DNA from: a bacterium
GTDB lineage: Bacteria; Patescibacteriota; Dojkabacteria; JAKAPS01; JAJZLI01
DNA: 64,000 nucleotides
Direction of reading: 5' to 3'
Assembly (NCBI GenBank): GCA_021846685.1
Contig: JAJZWL010000003.1
Span: forward strand, 17,700-81,699
Positions 28,514 to 39,100 of the stretch are shown here, piece after piece; within the stretch, counting starts at the first letter, position 1, and each line of letters starts with the position of its first letter. The notes under the pieces are model-generated. The model searched no databases. It was not told where the DNA came from and was given only the letters and a program-made list of their open reading frames with translations. A program made the translations under genes and the position numbers.

Positions 28514-29524
28514 ATGAAAAAAAGGATTTTAACTGGAGATAGACCAACTGGACAATTACATATAGGTCATTATGTAGGGTCTTTGAAATCTAGATTAGAA
28601 TTCCAAAATGAATTTGATACCTTGGTATTGATAGCCAATATACAGGCACTGACTGATAATTTTGATGATCCAGCTAAGGTGAATTCCAATATATTAGAGG
28701 TTTTAAAGGATTATATTGCAGTTGGATTAGATCCTAATCTTGTAACTTTTATATTACAGTCTGAAATTTCAGAGATATCAGATTTAACTGTTATATATTC
28801 TAATTTAGTTAGTATATCTAGATTAATGAGAAATCCTACTGTAAAATCTGAAATTATTCAGAAAAAGAATAAATTTTCTAAAGACTCTGTTACTTTTGGA
28901 TTTTTAGGTTATCCTATAAATCAAGCTGCCGATATCACTACATTTATGGCTGATCTTGTTCCTGTCGGAGGTGATCAAGCCCCAATGGTAGAACAAACAG
29001 TAGAAATAGTTAAAAAATTTAATGGAATTTATGGAGATGTATTGAAAATTCCTCAAATTTATATAAGTGAATATCCTAGATTAGTAGGGTTAGATGGTAA
29101 ATCAAAAATGTCTAAAAGTTTAAATAATACAATTAATTTTTCAGACAGCACTGAAATTATAAAGAATAAAATAATGACAATGTATACTGATCCTAATCGA
29201 ATTCATAAAAATGATCCAGGTAGGGTAGAGGGTAATCCAGTTTTTATATATCATAATATTTTTAATACAAATAAATCAGAGGTAAAAGAATTAGAGGCCA
29301 GATACAGAAAAGGTACTGTGGGTGATGTCGAGGTAAAAGAAAGATTATTTGAATCTATTGAGGCATTTATTTATCCTATTAGAGAGACAAGATTATCTTT
29401 GGAGAATAAGGAAGAATACTTATTAGAAATATTAGACCAAGGTACAAAAAGAGGAAAGAAAATTGCATCAGAAACACTGAATAAGGTAAAAGAGGCCTTA
29501 TATTTAAATATTTTAAAAAAATAA
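28514..29524 (+). CDS. trpS: Tryptophan--tRNA ligase
   Basis: TGDRPTG.LHIGH, VPVGGDQ and KMSKS motifs. Confidence 0.96.
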   Translation: MKKRILTGDRPTGQLHIGHYVGSLKSRLEFQNEFDTLVLIANIQALTDNFDDPAKVNSNILEVLKDYIAVGLDPNLVTFILQSEISEISDLTVIYSNLVSISRLMRNPTVKSEIIQKKNKFSKDSVTFGFLGYPINQAADITTFMADLVPVGGDQAPMVEQTVEIVKKFNGIYGDVLKIPQIYISEYPRLVGLDGKSKMSKSLNNTINFSDSTEIIKNKIMTMYTDPNRIHKNDPGRVEGNPVFIYHNIFNTNKSEVKELEARYRKGTVGDVEVKERLFESIEAFIYPIRETRLSLENKEEYLLEILDQGTKRGKKIASETLNKVKEALYLNILKK

Positions 29525-29528
29525 GATT

Positions 29529-30752
29529 ATGAAAGTTAATTTAGATCCATTAAAAGGTTTTAATGATTATTATCCTGAAAAATATTTTGTCAAAAAATAT
29601 ATTATAGATATTTTGTCAGAGGTATCTAATTCATTTGGGTATTTATATTATGAGGGTCCTATTATCGAAGAAACACTTTTGTATGAAGTTAAGTCTGGGC
29701 AATCAATAGTAGAGGAGGCTTATTCTTTTATAGATAGAGGAGATAGAAGAGTGACTCTACGTCCTGAAATGACACCTACTTTAGCAAGAATGTTGGCTTC
29801 TAAGTCTGTTAATTATAAAAAACCTATTAGGTGGTATTCTATTCCTGTGTTATTTAGAAATGAGAATCCTCAGAAAGCTAGACAGAGAGAGTTTAGTCAA
29901 TATAATGTAGATATTATAGGCACTTCATCTAGCAAATCTGATATAGAAATTTTAGAAATTTCCATGAATATAATGCGAAAGTTAGGATTTAATGATGATG
30001 ATTTAGAAATATTAATTAATAACAGAGAGATTGCGTATAGAATATTAACTAAATATACTGATGATATAAATTCTCTTATTAAGGTAATAGATAAAAAAAA
30101 TAAGCTTTCAGAATCAGAATTTATTGATTTAGTAGGGAAAAATGTTAAAAATGTACATTATATTGATAAAATAATGACTTATTTAAATAATCCAGAAGAA
30201 GATATAGATGAAGAAATCACTAAATTTATAGGTGAAGCTTCTAAATTTAATTTAAATCTTATCTATGATCCTACAATAGTTAGAGGATTAGATTATTATA
30301 CGGGAAATGTTTTTGAAATTTGGGATAAGAAAAGATTAATTAAACGTGCTATATTTGGAGGAGGGAGATATTCTAATTTAATATCTACTTTGGGAGGAGA
30401 AAATGTAGATTCAGTAGGTATTGCTTGTGGAATTGAAGTATTAATACCTTTACTTGAAGCGTATGATAAACTTCCAAAATTAGATATTTCCTATGATTAT
30501 TTTGTTTCAACTTTTGAAAATATAGATGATAGTTTATATCATAATATTGTCTCTAAATTAAGGAGTAAAAATAATTCAGTTATATATAATGTTAATAATG
30601 ATTGGAATTTAAAAAAGCAACTGGAATATGCGTTAAGTATTAATGTTAAGAACTTTATTATATTAGGAGAAAAAGAGTTAGCAGATAATTCTATTTTAAT
30701 TAAAAATTTGGGGAAAAATACAGAGAATAAGATATTAATTAAAGATTTATGA
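29529..30752 (+). CDS. hisS: Histidine--tRNA ligase
   Basis: LRPEMTP, RGLDYYTG and GGGRY motifs. Confidence 0.96.
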   Translation: MKVNLDPLKGFNDYYPEKYFVKKYIIDILSEVSNSFGYLYYEGPIIEETLLYEVKSGQSIVEEAYSFIDRGDRRVTLRPEMTPTLARMLASKSVNYKKPIRWYSIPVLFRNENPQKARQREFSQYNVDIIGTSSSKSDIEILEISMNIMRKLGFNDDDLEILINNREIAYRILTKYTDDINSLIKVIDKKNKLSESEFIDLVGKNVKNVHYIDKIMTYLNNPEEDIDEEITKFIGEASKFNLNLIYDPTIVRGLDYYTGNVFEIWDKKRLIKRAIFGGGRYSNLISTLGGENVDSVGIACGIEVLIPLLEAYDKLPKLDISYDYFVSTFENIDDSLYHNIVSKLRSKNNSVIYNVNNDWNLKKQLEYALSINVKNFIILGEKELADNSILIKNLGKNTENKILIKDL

Positions 30753-32224
30753 ATGATTTAATCCTTTATCAACAATATAGACCTCAAAAATTTACAGATC
30801 TTATTGCAAGGGAATCTGTATCTAAAGTTTTAATGAATGAAATTTTAAATAAAAATATTGCAAATGCATATATATTTTTTGGTAATAAAGGAACTGGAAA
30901 AACTTCTATAGCAAGAATCTTTTCTAAGGCTATTAACTGTTTAGACTTAGAAAAAAATGGAGATCCATGTAATAAATGTGTTAATTGTGTCGCTATTAAT
31001 GATTCAAATTTTATGGATTTATTAGAAATTGATGCTGCCTCTAATAGGGGAATTGATGATATCAGAGAGCTTAAGGATAAGATTCAATTTGCTCCTGTTA
31101 TGGGGAAATATAAAATTTATATTATTGATGAAGTTCACATGTTAACAAAGGATGCTTTTAATGCTTTATTAAAAACATTAGAAGAACCGCCTAAAAATGT
31201 AGTATTTATTTTAGCAACAACTGAGATTAATAAAGTTCCAGAAACAATTATATCGAGATGTCAGAGATTTGATTTTTTGAATGCCTCATATCAGGATTTG
31301 TCAGATCAATTAAATAAAGTTATTAAGTTAGAAAAAATAAAAATTGATGATTCTATAAAAGAATTAATTATTACTGTAGCTGATGGTAGTTTTAGAGATA
31401 CTATGACAAATCTTCAAAAAGTATTAGCTATATATAGTGAAAATTTAACATATAAAGATGTTGTGACAATACTTAATTTCCCGGATATAGAATTTATTAA
31501 AATTATATGGAAAGATCTTTTTGAAGGAAATTTAGATACTATATTAGATAATTTTGAAAAAAATACAATAAATATAATATCCTTTATTAAGAATTCTTTA
31601 GATTTTATAAAGAAAGTGCTAGTTAATAGGACTTTAAGTAAAAAATATTATGACATTGATGATGAAATATTTGAAAATATATCAACTCAAAAAATATTAA
31701 ATATAGTGAATATTTTAATAAAAACATTAGATGATATTAGAGTGTCGTCATCTGATTTAGTATGTTTAGAGATATCATTTATATTTATGATGCAAGATTT
31801 AAATATAGAATATAAAGCGCCAGTTCAAAATAAAAGTAAATCCTTGGAAACTAAAATTGATTTAAAAAAAACGGTATTAATAACAGAAGATAATATTTTA
31901 TCAGTGAAATTACGTAATAATTGGACTGAAATTATAGAGAAATCTAAAGTATTTAATCATCATATGAGTGGGTTTTTATCAAAATCAGCTTTTTCTTTTG
32001 ATGATAAAAAATTAATAATAATAGTTCCTTTTGCTTTTTATAGAGATATGTTGATAGAGGTTAAAAGTAAGGAATATTTATCTTCTTTGATCAAGGAAGT
32101 TATAGGAGATGATTTTGTTTTAGATTGTATTGTTGATAAAAAAGTAAAACCAATAGTATCAGTTTCTCAACAAAAGAATGTAGATGAAGATGACATAAAA
32201 GAGCTATTTGAAATAGATTCATAA
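30749..32224 (+). CDS. dnaX: DNA polymerase III subunit gamma/tau
   Basis: YRPQ.F, GTGKTS, EIDAASNRG, DEVHML and SRC motifs. Confidence 0.96.
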   Translation: MNDLILYQQYRPQKFTDLIARESVSKVLMNEILNKNIANAYIFFGNKGTGKTSIARIFSKAINCLDLEKNGDPCNKCVNCVAINDSNFMDLLEIDAASNRGIDDIRELKDKIQFAPVMGKYKIYIIDEVHMLTKDAFNALLKTLEEPPKNVVFILATTEINKVPETIISRCQRFDFLNASYQDLSDQLNKVIKLEKIKIDDSIKELIITVADGSFRDTMTNLQKVLAIYSENLTYKDVVTILNFPDIEFIKIIWKDLFEGNLDTILDNFEKNTINIISFIKNSLDFIKKVLVNRTLSKKYYDIDDEIFENISTQKILNIVNILIKTLDDIRVSSSDLVCLEISFIFMMQDLNIEYKAPVQNKSKSLETKIDLKKTVLITEDNILSVKLRNNWTEIIEKSKVFNHHMSGFLSKSAFSFDDKKLIIIVPFAFYRDMLIEVKSKEYLSSLIKEVIGDDFVLDCIVDKKVKPIVSVSQQKNVDEDDIKELFEIDS

Positions 32225-32283
32225 TTTTAAATTTATCTATTTTTGTGTTATTATAATAATGATTATTTTAGAATATTAATGCA

Positions 32284-32589
32284 ATGGCAAACCCTTTTTC
32301 TCAAGCAAAAGATCTATATAAATTACAAAGTGAAGCTAGAAAGCTTCAGAAAGATTTAGAGTCAAAAATATTTAAAGGTGAATCTAAAAAATCTTTAATT
32401 AAAATTTCTTTAAATGGTACTGGAGAAATAATGGATCTAGAGGTTGATGATATATTATTTGATAAAGATAGAAAGGCCGACTTCATAATACACATTAAAG
32501 AAGCATACAAAGATGCACAGAAAAAAATTGCGAAAGATATGTCTAAAGACATGGATCTTTCAAAATTAAAAAATATGATGGGTATGTAA
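32284..32589 (+). CDS. ybaB: YbaB/EbfC-family nucleoid-associated protein
   Basis: Size, helical pattern and the dnaX-ybaB-recR synteny. Confidence 0.8.
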   Translation: MANPFSQAKDLYKLQSEARKLQKDLESKIFKGESKKSLIKISLNGTGEIMDLEVDDILFDKDRKADFIIHIKEAYKDAQKKIAKDMSKDMDLSKLKNMMGM

Positions 32590-32595
32590 TTGTTT

Positions 32596-33207
32596 ATGGA
32601 TAATAAAACTCCTATTTCTATTTTATCTGAAGAATTTTCCAAATTGCCTGGTATAGGTAGTAAAACTGCAATGAGAATGGCATACTTCTATGTACATCAT
32701 AAACATAATATACAGCCATTAATTAATGCTCTCGAAAAAGTATCTAGTAATTTAGATAAATGCGTTATTTGCAATATTATTACTAATAAAAATAGTAATC
32801 CTTGTCAATATTGTGCCGATGAAATGAGAAATAAGAATTTAATTTGTATTGTTGAAAATGATACTGATGTAGAACATATAGAAAAATCTAATTCTTTTAA
32901 AGGTGTATATCATATTTTAGGAGGACTAATATCTCCTTTATCAAATATTTCATCTAATGATATAGAATTATTATCATTAAAGAAAAGATTAGATGGAAGT
33001 ACAGATAATTTTGAAATAATTATTGCTACAAATTTTACTACAGAAGGAGAAGCGACGGGTTTATTTATAAGACAATATTTGAAAGATTTTAATAATATAA
33101 AATTTTCTAGGCTTGCCAGTGGTCTTCCTTTTGGTTCTAATCTTGAATATGTAGATTCTTATACAATAGGGAAAGCCATAGATAGGAGGATTGAGTATGA
33201 CAGTTAG
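32596..33207 (+). CDS. recR: Recombination protein RecR
   Basis: LPGIG.KTA.R, C4 Zn finger, TOPRIM (EGEAT). Confidence 0.95.
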   Translation: MDNKTPISILSEEFSKLPGIGSKTAMRMAYFYVHHKHNIQPLINALEKVSSNLDKCVICNIITNKNSNPCQYCADEMRNKNLICIVENDTDVEHIEKSNSFKGVYHILGGLISPLSNISSNDIELLSLKKRLDGSTDNFEIIIATNFTTEGEATGLFIRQYLKDFNNIKFSRLASGLPFGSNLEYVDSYTIGKAIDRRIEYDS

Positions 33208-34582
33208 ATTGAATGACTCTTTTTCAAATATTAAAGATTTTAATCCAATAGAAAATAATAAAGTTAAGATTTATACTTGTGGTCCAACAGTACAAAGTTA
33301 TATCCACATCGGTAATCTTAGAGCTTATATTCTTTCTGACATATTAAAGAAATCTCTACAATATATTGGTTTTGAGATAGATGATGCAATGAATATTACA
33401 GATGTTGGTCATTTAACTACAGATGGAGATGAGGGGGAAGATAAATTAGAAAAAAAATCAAAAGAAGAAAATATTTCGATAAATAATATTATAGATAGGT
33501 ATACTAATTATTTTTATCAGACTATTGCCAGGATGAATGTGACTAAAACTTCAAAGATGTATAAAGCTTCGGAGACAATAGATACTCAAATCGAAATGAT
33601 TAAGATTTTAGAAAAAAAAGGATTTGCCTATAAAACTACTACTGGTGTTTATTTTGATATTTCTAAATTTAAAGATTATTCAGATCTTATTAATCAAAAA
33701 AGTAAAGACCAGAAAAAAGTTTCTAGAAATACTGTAGTTGAAGATAAGACAAAAAAGAATGCGCAAGATTTCAGGTTATGGCAAACGGCATACCCAGAGC
33801 ATATTATGCAATGGGATAGTCCTTGGGGAAGAGGTTTTCCAGGATGGCATATTGAATGTTCTGCTATTATTTATAAAGCATTAGGAGAAAATATAGATAT
33901 ACATACAGGAGGAATAGATCTCAGGAATACTCATCATGTTAATGAAATAGCTCAGAGTAAGTCTGCATTTGGGGGAGAGTTTGTTAATCATTGGATTCAT
34001 AACGGTATTGTATTAATAGATGGTGTGAAGATGTCTAAAAGTTTAAATAATATATATAAAATAGAAGATATTGAGAGTAAAGGGTATAATATTTTATCGT
34101 TAAGATATTTATATTTGAATGCTCATTATTCAATTCCTATCAATTTTACATTTGAATCTTTGAAATCTGCAGAGAATGCTTTAAATAGAATATATAATTT
34201 TATTAAAATTAATAAAAATCTTTATCAAAAAGACAGTGTCCCAAATGAAAAATACAAATTAAAATTTATTGAACAGATAGAAAATAATATAAATACTCCT
34301 GGAATGTTGGATGTGTTATGGGGTGTTATTCGGGATACTAAATTAGATATATCAGAGAAGTTAATTACTATATTAGATTTTGATAGGGTTTTATCTTTAG
34401 ATTTTGAGAAATATTTTAATATAGATATCCCTGAGGATATAATTGGTCTATTAAATAAAAGAAATATTTTAAGGAGCGATAAGCAGTGGAAAGAGTCTGA
34501 TGAGATAAGAGATGTAATTAATGAAAAGGGTTTTAGAATTATAGATTTAAAAGATAAATCTTTTGTAATAAAGAATGGATAA
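33197..34582 (+). CDS. cysS: Cysteine--tRNA ligase
   Basis: YTCGPTV, HIGN, GFPGWHIECS and KMSKS motifs. ATG at 33197 follows AGGAGG. Confidence 0.96.
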   Translation: MTVRLNDSFSNIKDFNPIENNKVKIYTCGPTVQSYIHIGNLRAYILSDILKKSLQYIGFEIDDAMNITDVGHLTTDGDEGEDKLEKKSKEENISINNIIDRYTNYFYQTIARMNVTKTSKMYKASETIDTQIEMIKILEKKGFAYKTTTGVYFDISKFKDYSDLINQKSKDQKKVSRNTVVEDKTKKNAQDFRLWQTAYPEHIMQWDSPWGRGFPGWHIECSAIIYKALGENIDIHTGGIDLRNTHHVNEIAQSKSAFGGEFVNHWIHNGIVLIDGVKMSKSLNNIYKIEDIESKGYNILSLRYLYLNAHYSIPINFTFESLKSAENALNRIYNFIKINKNLYQKDSVPNEKYKLKFIEQIENNINTPGMLDVLWGVIRDTKLDISEKLITILDFDRVLSLDFEKYFNIDIPEDIIGLLNKRNILRSDKQWKESDEIRDVINEKGFRIIDLKDKSFVIKNG

Positions 34583-35912
34583 AAAAATTAAAGATAAAAT
34601 ATCTAAAGATATATATGACATTTCTTACACATTAAAATCTAAAGGTTTTAATGTGTATTTAGTAGGTGGATCAATAAGGGATATATTCCTTAATAAGGAT
34701 ATTGATGATTATGATTTAGCAACTGATGCTACTCCTGATCAGTTAAAAAAAATTTTTCCTAAAGCTATTTTATTTGGAGAAAAATTTGGAACAATAATGT
34801 TAATAATTGATAATAATAGAGTAGAAATTACTACACTTAGGAAAGAATCAGATTATGATGATGGGAGGCATCCATCTAAAGTTTCTTTTATTAAAGATAT
34901 AAATGAAGATTTAAAAAGGCGTGACTTTACCGTAAATGCAATAGCTTTTGATCTAATAAATTTTAATATTATAGATCTTTTTAATGGAGAAGGTGATATT
35001 ACAAAAAAAATAATAAGAGCAGTAGGAAATCCAGATGCAAGGTTTGAAGAAGATGCATTAAGATTATTGAGAGCAGTTAGATTTTCTCTAAAATTAGGAT
35101 TTAAAATAGAGCAGAATACATATAATTCAATTAAAAAGAATGCTCACTTGATTGAATTTATTTCTAAAGAAAGAGTAAGAGATGAATTTTTGAAAATTAT
35201 TTCTGGGGATAATTCATCAAAAGGTATAGAATTATTAAGAGAGACAGGACTTCTACAATACATAATGCCAGAATTGTTAGTATGTGTAGGTGTAATACAA
35301 AATAAATTTCACTCTTTAGATGTATATAATCACTTATTACTCTCAATGGACAAAGCTGATGAGAAAATTAAATTGGTAGCATTACTTCATGATATAGGAA
35401 AACCTCAAACAAAGGAGGGTGAACATTTTTTTGCACATGAAAAAGTTGGAGCTGATATTGCTAGAAATATATTGACTAGATTGAAATTCCCAAAAGAAGA
35501 GATATATATGACTTGTAAATTAATTCAATTGCATCTCTTTTTTTATAATGATAGCTGGTCAGATGGAGCAGTAAGAAGGTTTTTAAGAAAAGTGGAAGAT
35601 GATAAGTCTTTAGAATTATTATTTTTATTAAGGGAAGCTGACGAAAAAGGAAATCCTATATCAACTTATGATTTTAATAATTTAGAGAAATTAAAAAAAA
35701 GGATTCAAAAAATTAAAGAAAAAGATAGATTTATGAGTATAAAAGATTTAAAAATTAATGGTTATGATTTAATGAAAATTGGGTATCAAAAGGACAGATT
35801 TTTAGGAGAGACTTTAAATCTTTTATTAGATGCTATAATAGAAGATCCTAGTATAAATACCAAAGAAAGTTTATTGGCTATTGCTAAGGATAAATTAGAT
35901 CATTTTGTATAA
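34575..35912 (+). CDS. cca: CCA-adding tRNA nucleotidyltransferase with HD domain
   Basis: VGGSIRD..DYD, RRDFTVNA, EDALRLLR and LLHDIGK motifs. The tRNAs in this window lack an encoded CCA. Confidence 0.88.
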   Translation: MDKKIKDKISKDIYDISYTLKSKGFNVYLVGGSIRDIFLNKDIDDYDLATDATPDQLKKIFPKAILFGEKFGTIMLIIDNNRVEITTLRKESDYDDGRHPSKVSFIKDINEDLKRRDFTVNAIAFDLINFNIIDLFNGEGDITKKIIRAVGNPDARFEEDALRLLRAVRFSLKLGFKIEQNTYNSIKKNAHLIEFISKERVRDEFLKIISGDNSSKGIELLRETGLLQYIMPELLVCVGVIQNKFHSLDVYNHLLLSMDKADEKIKLVALLHDIGKPQTKEGEHFFAHEKVGADIARNILTRLKFPKEEIYMTCKLIQLHLFFYNDSWSDGAVRRFLRKVEDDKSLELLFLLREADEKGNPISTYDFNNLEKLKKRIQKIKEKDRFMSIKDLKINGYDLMKIGYQKDRFLGETLNLLLDAIIEDPSINTKESLLAIAKDKLDHFV

Positions 35913-35915
35913 TAT

Positions 35916-36959
35916 ATGTCTTTAAAAGTTGGAATAGTAGGTATCCCTAATGTTGGAAAATCAACATTATTTAATGCTTTAACAAATAATGCAGTACCAT
36001 CTGAAAATTTCCCGTTCTGTACTATAGATCCAAATGTGGGGATAGTATATGTTGATGATGATAGGTTAACTCAGATTAATGAGATAGTGAAATCAAAGAG
36101 TGTTGTTAAAGCAGATATAACATTTATTGATATAGCTGGTCTTATTAAAGGTTCTTCTAAAGGAGAAGGATTGGGTAATAAATTTTTATCACATATTTAT
36201 GATATTGATTTGATATTAGAGGTTGTAAGAGATTTTAAAAATGATAGTATTATTCATATTGAAAATTCTATTGATCCTAAAAGGGATATAGATATAATAA
36301 AGACAGAATTAATATTAAAAGATTTAGATACATTAAAGAAATTAAAAGAAAATTCATCAAAAGAACTTAAAAAAGATCCTACTTATAGTCAGGATATATT
36401 AATATTTAATAAGTTAGAAGAAATATTAGATAAAGGTGATTTGATTTTCAATCATGATTTTAGTATTAGCGAAAAGATAGTTTTAAAAAAATATAATTTT
36501 TTAACCAATAAAAAATTTATATATTTATATAACTCAGAGGAATATCAATCTCATATTGATGGAAATTCTATTTATATGAATATATTATTTGAATATGAAC
36601 TTTCTAAGATGTCTGAAGAGGAGAAACAGTTATTTATGGAAGATTTATCTATCAAAAGTGCAGGGTTAAGTATATTAACTAAATTTGCATTTGATAAGGT
36701 GGGATTGCAAGTATTTTTTACAGCAGGAGAGAAGGAAGTTAGATCTTGGGTTATTAAAAAAGGTACTAATGCACCAGATGCTGCATCTGTAATTCATACT
36801 GATTTTAAAAAAAATTTCATAAAAATGGAAGTAGTATCTTTTGATGATTTTATAAAATTTAAAGGTTGGAATAATGCAAAAGAAAATGGAGCATTAAAAA
36901 TAGTTGGATCAGATTATATTTTGAACGATGGAGATGTAATAATAGTAAGACATTCTTAG
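35916..36959 (+). CDS. ychF: Ribosome-binding ATPase YchF
   Basis: GIPNVGKST, FPFCTIDPN, GEGLGNKFL and TGS domain. Confidence 0.96.
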   Translation: MSLKVGIVGIPNVGKSTLFNALTNNAVPSENFPFCTIDPNVGIVYVDDDRLTQINEIVKSKSVVKADITFIDIAGLIKGSSKGEGLGNKFLSHIYDIDLILEVVRDFKNDSIIHIENSIDPKRDIDIIKTELILKDLDTLKKLKENSSKELKKDPTYSQDILIFNKLEEILDKGDLIFNHDFSISEKIVLKKYNFLTNKKFIYLYNSEEYQSHIDGNSIYMNILFEYELSKMSEEEKQLFMEDLSIKSAGLSILTKFAFDKVGLQVFFTAGEKEVRSWVIKKGTNAPDAASVIHTDFKKNFIKMEVVSFDDFIKFKGWNNAKENGALKIVGSDYILNDGDVIIVRHS

Positions 36960-37002
36960 GATTCATTCATTATTAATCTTTTAAGAATAGTATATTAATT
37001 AT

Positions 37003-37415
37003 TGGAGATGGTGGGAATCGAACCCACATCCATGAAGATATATGTATATATGGAATTACAAGTTTATCAATTTAATTTAAATTATCATTTTTATATTGAC
37101 AAATCTATGATAATTTTAATATTTAGAGAGTTATGTTTTCGTGTTATAGTCCAATATTAAGAACTAACAACCTTGAGCTTGATATTGTTTAAGCAAGATA
37201 AAACTTACAAGCATATGTCTCATCTTACTCTAAGTTTATTATGCTAAACTTAGATTGTATTGTGGAACAGCAAGTTTTGCTTTTAAATTAGCAAAAAATT
37301 CAGCCACTTTACTTTTTGTATTATTTACATTTATTGTTTTAATAATTTTTAAAAGATTATCAAACTTTACTTGCTATATATACATCTATTTTTCTTGTCA
37401 AAACCGGTCATCCCC
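37003..37415 (-). ncRNA. ssrA: tmRNA
   Basis: 5' GGGGATGACCGGTTTTGACA and 3' GTGGGTTCGATTCCCACCATCTCCA, with a G3-U pair in the acceptor stem. The internal tag frame at 37328-37242 ends in SLA and TAA TAA. Confidence 0.93.
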
Positions 37416-37507
37416 TAGTTTCTTAAGATTAATGTAAAAACGGATATATAAGTATATATTATATTATAAAAGGGCAAAATATAACAACTTTTAATTATAT
37501 CATAATT

Positions 37508-38104
37508 ATGGTAATCTTTCAATTAGGTATGTTTAATAATAAAAGTCATAAAGGGAGTATTAATTTGTTAAATAATATAGAAGAACCCAGGGATTCTTCT
37601 GAATTATTTTATACGTGGGTTGTGAATTATGGTAGATATATATTAATAGGTGTTGAAATTATAGTTATTATAGTTTTTGTATCAAAAATATTAGTTGACC
37701 AAGAGTATAATTATGCAATTTCCACATCATATAGTATGCAAAGCAAATTTAAATCAAAATCACTTCAGAACAAGGTGAATTTAATAACTAGTTATCAAAA
37801 TAAAATGAGTACAATTGTTGGTTTATCTCAAGTTAGGTTTAATTATGAATATACCCTAAATAAGATATTAACACTAATTCCTAAAGGAATTAGTGTGCAA
37901 TCAATAGATATTCAATATAATAATTTTAATATTGTAGGGGTTTCTAATAATTATAATTCATTACAAAAATTATTAGATAAATTTAAGTCAGACAGTAAAG
38001 ACTTTAGTAAAGTATATTTGCCATCTTTGTCTAATTCAGTTAATTTAAATCAAACTAATAATGTATCATTTTCTTTGTCTGGTAATATTAATTTAAAGCA
38101 TTAA
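37508..38104 (+). CDS. PilN-like type IV pilus alignment protein
   Basis: INLL N-terminal motif, TM, coiled coil, then IP.GI.V.SI ferredoxin-like region. Confidence 0.7.
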   Translation: MVIFQLGMFNNKSHKGSINLLNNIEEPRDSSELFYTWVVNYGRYILIGVEIIVIIVFVSKILVDQEYNYAISTSYSMQSKFKSKSLQNKVNLITSYQNKMSTIVGLSQVRFNYEYTLNKILTLIPKGISVQSIDIQYNNFNIVGVSNNYNSLQKLLDKFKSDSKDFSKVYLPSLSNSVNLNQTNNVSFSLSGNINLKH

Positions 38105-38113
38105 TTGTATTTT

Positions 38114-38764
38114 ATGGAGTATTTGAATATAAAAAAAACTAGGGATTATTTTACTACTAAATTTCAAAATAAAAGATATAGATTCTATTATTATTTGACT
38201 TTATCTTTAATAACTATATTAGTATTCATTGTATTTGCAATATATCCCACTATTAATCAAATATTTCAAGAATTAAATACAATTACTATAATTAATGGTC
38301 AAAATACGCAAATGCAAAGTAGATATAGTGAAATAAATAGTACTTATAGTCAATATAAAACTTTAGTTGTTCCGAATAAAGAGATATTTTCCAATTCACT
38401 TCCTAATAATAAGAATACTGGTTATATATTTGCTAATTTATATCAAATTATGAAAAATAATAATTTGAGTCTAAATACTATATCTTTTAATTCTTCTTCT
38501 CATTTATCAAGTATAGAACCTCTTTTCCCAATTGTTGCCAATAGTAGTTTAGGTATATTTAATATATCAATTTCTTCCTCAGGAACATATAACTCATATT
38601 TATCTTTTTTGTCGACATTATCTAAGTATCCTCAAAAAATATTAGTTTATAACTTATCTTTTTCACCAAATTCACAAAATTCTTCCGTTAATGGAGTTTC
38701 TGTGAGTAATTTGTTAAAAACTCAAGGAAGTGTAAGTTTTGAGGCGTTGGTATTTTATTATTAG
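38114..38764 (+). CDS. PilO-like type IV pilus alignment protein
   Basis: TM ending FAIYPT, coiled coil, LP and GTY..Y..FL motifs; follows the pilN-like gene. Confidence 0.65.
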   Translation: MEYLNIKKTRDYFTTKFQNKRYRFYYYLTLSLITILVFIVFAIYPTINQIFQELNTITIINGQNTQMQSRYSEINSTYSQYKTLVVPNKEIFSNSLPNNKNTGYIFANLYQIMKNNNLSLNTISFNSSSHLSSIEPLFPIVANSSLGIFNISISSSGTYNSYLSFLSTLSKYPQKILVYNLSFSPNSQNSSVNGVSVSNLLKTQGSVSFEALVFYY

Positions 38765-38773
38765 TTAAAAAAT

Positions 38774-39019
38774 ATGAAAAAAGTATTAAGTATAGTAATT
38801 TTAACTTTTGTAGTAGTGTTATTGTGGATAGCATTTTCGATATATTCTATATATATAAAGAAAGAGTCACTAATTAATGTCCCTCAGTCATATATGCAAT
38901 CATTTAATACTCAAATGTATAGTTCTCAGTTTAAAATATTATTGAAAAATCAAAGTTATTTATGTGTGACTAAAGAGTTTAAATCAAAAAAATGTTTAAA
39001 TTCAAGTATTGTTAATTAA
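38774..39019 (+). CDS. Small membrane-anchored protein at the PilP position
   Basis: N-terminal TM, 81 aa, directly after the pilO-like gene. Confidence 0.5.
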   Translation: MKKVLSIVILTFVVVLLWIAFSIYSIYIKKESLINVPQSYMQSFNTQMYSSQFKILLKNQSYLCVTKEFKSKKCLNSSIVN

Positions 39020-39071
39020 TATAAGGAATAAATTGATTTTCAAAACTCTCAATATATTAACAATAGAGTTG

Positions 39072-39100
39072 TTGACAAGAATAATTTATTATGTTAGTAT
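39072..39100 (+). promoter_or_regulatory. rpoBC promoter
   Basis: TTGACA, 17 bp spacer, TAGTAT with an extended TG. Confidence 0.6.

Noticed and set aside
37255-37437. 60-aa + strand ORF
   Set aside because: It is antisense to tmRNA and has no protein features.
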